Assembly: GCA_965644495.1 (NCBI GenBank)
Contig: CBFFSA010000061.1
Span: 1-46,800, forward strand
DNA length: 46,800 bases
Direction: 5' to 3'
DNA from: Perkinsela sp. CCAP 1560/9
Lineage: Eukaryota; Protista; Euglenozoa: Kinetoplastea
In this document: positions 46,110-46,800 of the stretch, piece by piece
How the letters are laid out: the number at the start of each line of letters is the position of its first letter
Numbering within the stretch: position 1 is the stretch's first letter
Notes under the pieces: model-generated
Database searches by the model: none
The model's input: the letters and a program-made list of their open reading frames with translations, nothing else
What the model was told of the DNA's origin: nothing
Program-made: the position numbers and the translations under genes

Positions 46110-46680
46110 AATACTTCCCTCGCGCTTTATGCCGTTTTCTTCACGAGAGCGTTAGCTCCCTCTACCGTGTTTGTGTGACCCCCCCACGAGATCACCCATT
46201 CCCCGCGGTGAACCACACTTTCCCACTTGTACGGCCAGTCGTGCTGTACGCTGTGCCGAACTGAATCTGTCCAGATCATTTAGTCCGTGGACCTCACGCT
46301 AAGCTTGTTATTCCTGGCAGTAAGGAATCCGCACTTCGATCCGAGACAATTTGCATAAAAAATGTTTTGCAACGTTTTCCCTCATCGTTTGTGCAATGGT
46401 TTGAGCCCCTTGAGTTGATTCAAATCTTTTCGACGGATGTGAGCGGCGCTTATGATCGAATCCAACTTTTGCTCCATGGTGACAATCGTTGGATGACGGA
46501 GGTTGGTCTCGGCCTCGGAAACCGAGAAAGATTCGCCACGAAAGTAAAGCAGGATGAACTAAAGCGTTTCTCTAGCGCTTTTTTTAGCCTTCCCAGTTAA
46601 AAGAGGACCCAAGAGCGACCGTAGCTGCGATTGTATTTCTTGGCGCAGTGCCACACACCATCAGGGCGTGTTTTTTCCAC
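46110..46680 (-). pseudogene. Degenerate Merlin (IS1016/IS1595-like) transposase
   Basis: Across frameshifts on the minus strand: FMQIVSDRSADSLLPGI, MIWTD, SVVH and GGHTNTVEGANALVKK, in the order of the Merlin DRS..L.P.I / I.TD / VNH / HTN.IE motifs. Confidence 0.7.
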
Positions 46681-46800
46681 AGATCAGCAACAACAGAAGG
46701 TTGTTGCGAGGAGGGTTATACAAAAAAATACAGGGTATGTGAAAAAAGGATAATGTTGTGACTCACAACTTGTGAGGTCCTCCTCGCAACAATCCCGTAG

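Overview
Eukaryotic DNA, very probably from a kinetoplastid or other euglenozoan. All 13 host loci are intronless and on the + strand, and a spliced-leader (SL) RNA-like exon with its GT donor is present. The window holds one RRM-type gene followed by a tandem array of 12 leucine-rich-repeat (LRR) loci, 8 intact and 4 broken by insertions, in a dense nest of mobile DNA. That nest includes a complete two-ORF PIF/Harbinger element, Tc1/mariner-type MITEs, and remnants of hAT, Merlin, CRE-clade LINE, DIRS/VIPER-type and bacterial-type IS30 elements. Main findings: (1) a permuted 620-bp monomer of the SL RNA gene repeat inserted without a TSD into an LRR gene; (2) diverged SL-gene/promoter copies next to mariner-like TIRs and pointing inward, suggesting that transposons have captured the SL promoter; (3) an IS30-family transposase in a eukaryotic setting; (4) signs of patchwork gene conversion among the LRR paralogs. 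All family calls come from motif recognition by eye; no searches were run.
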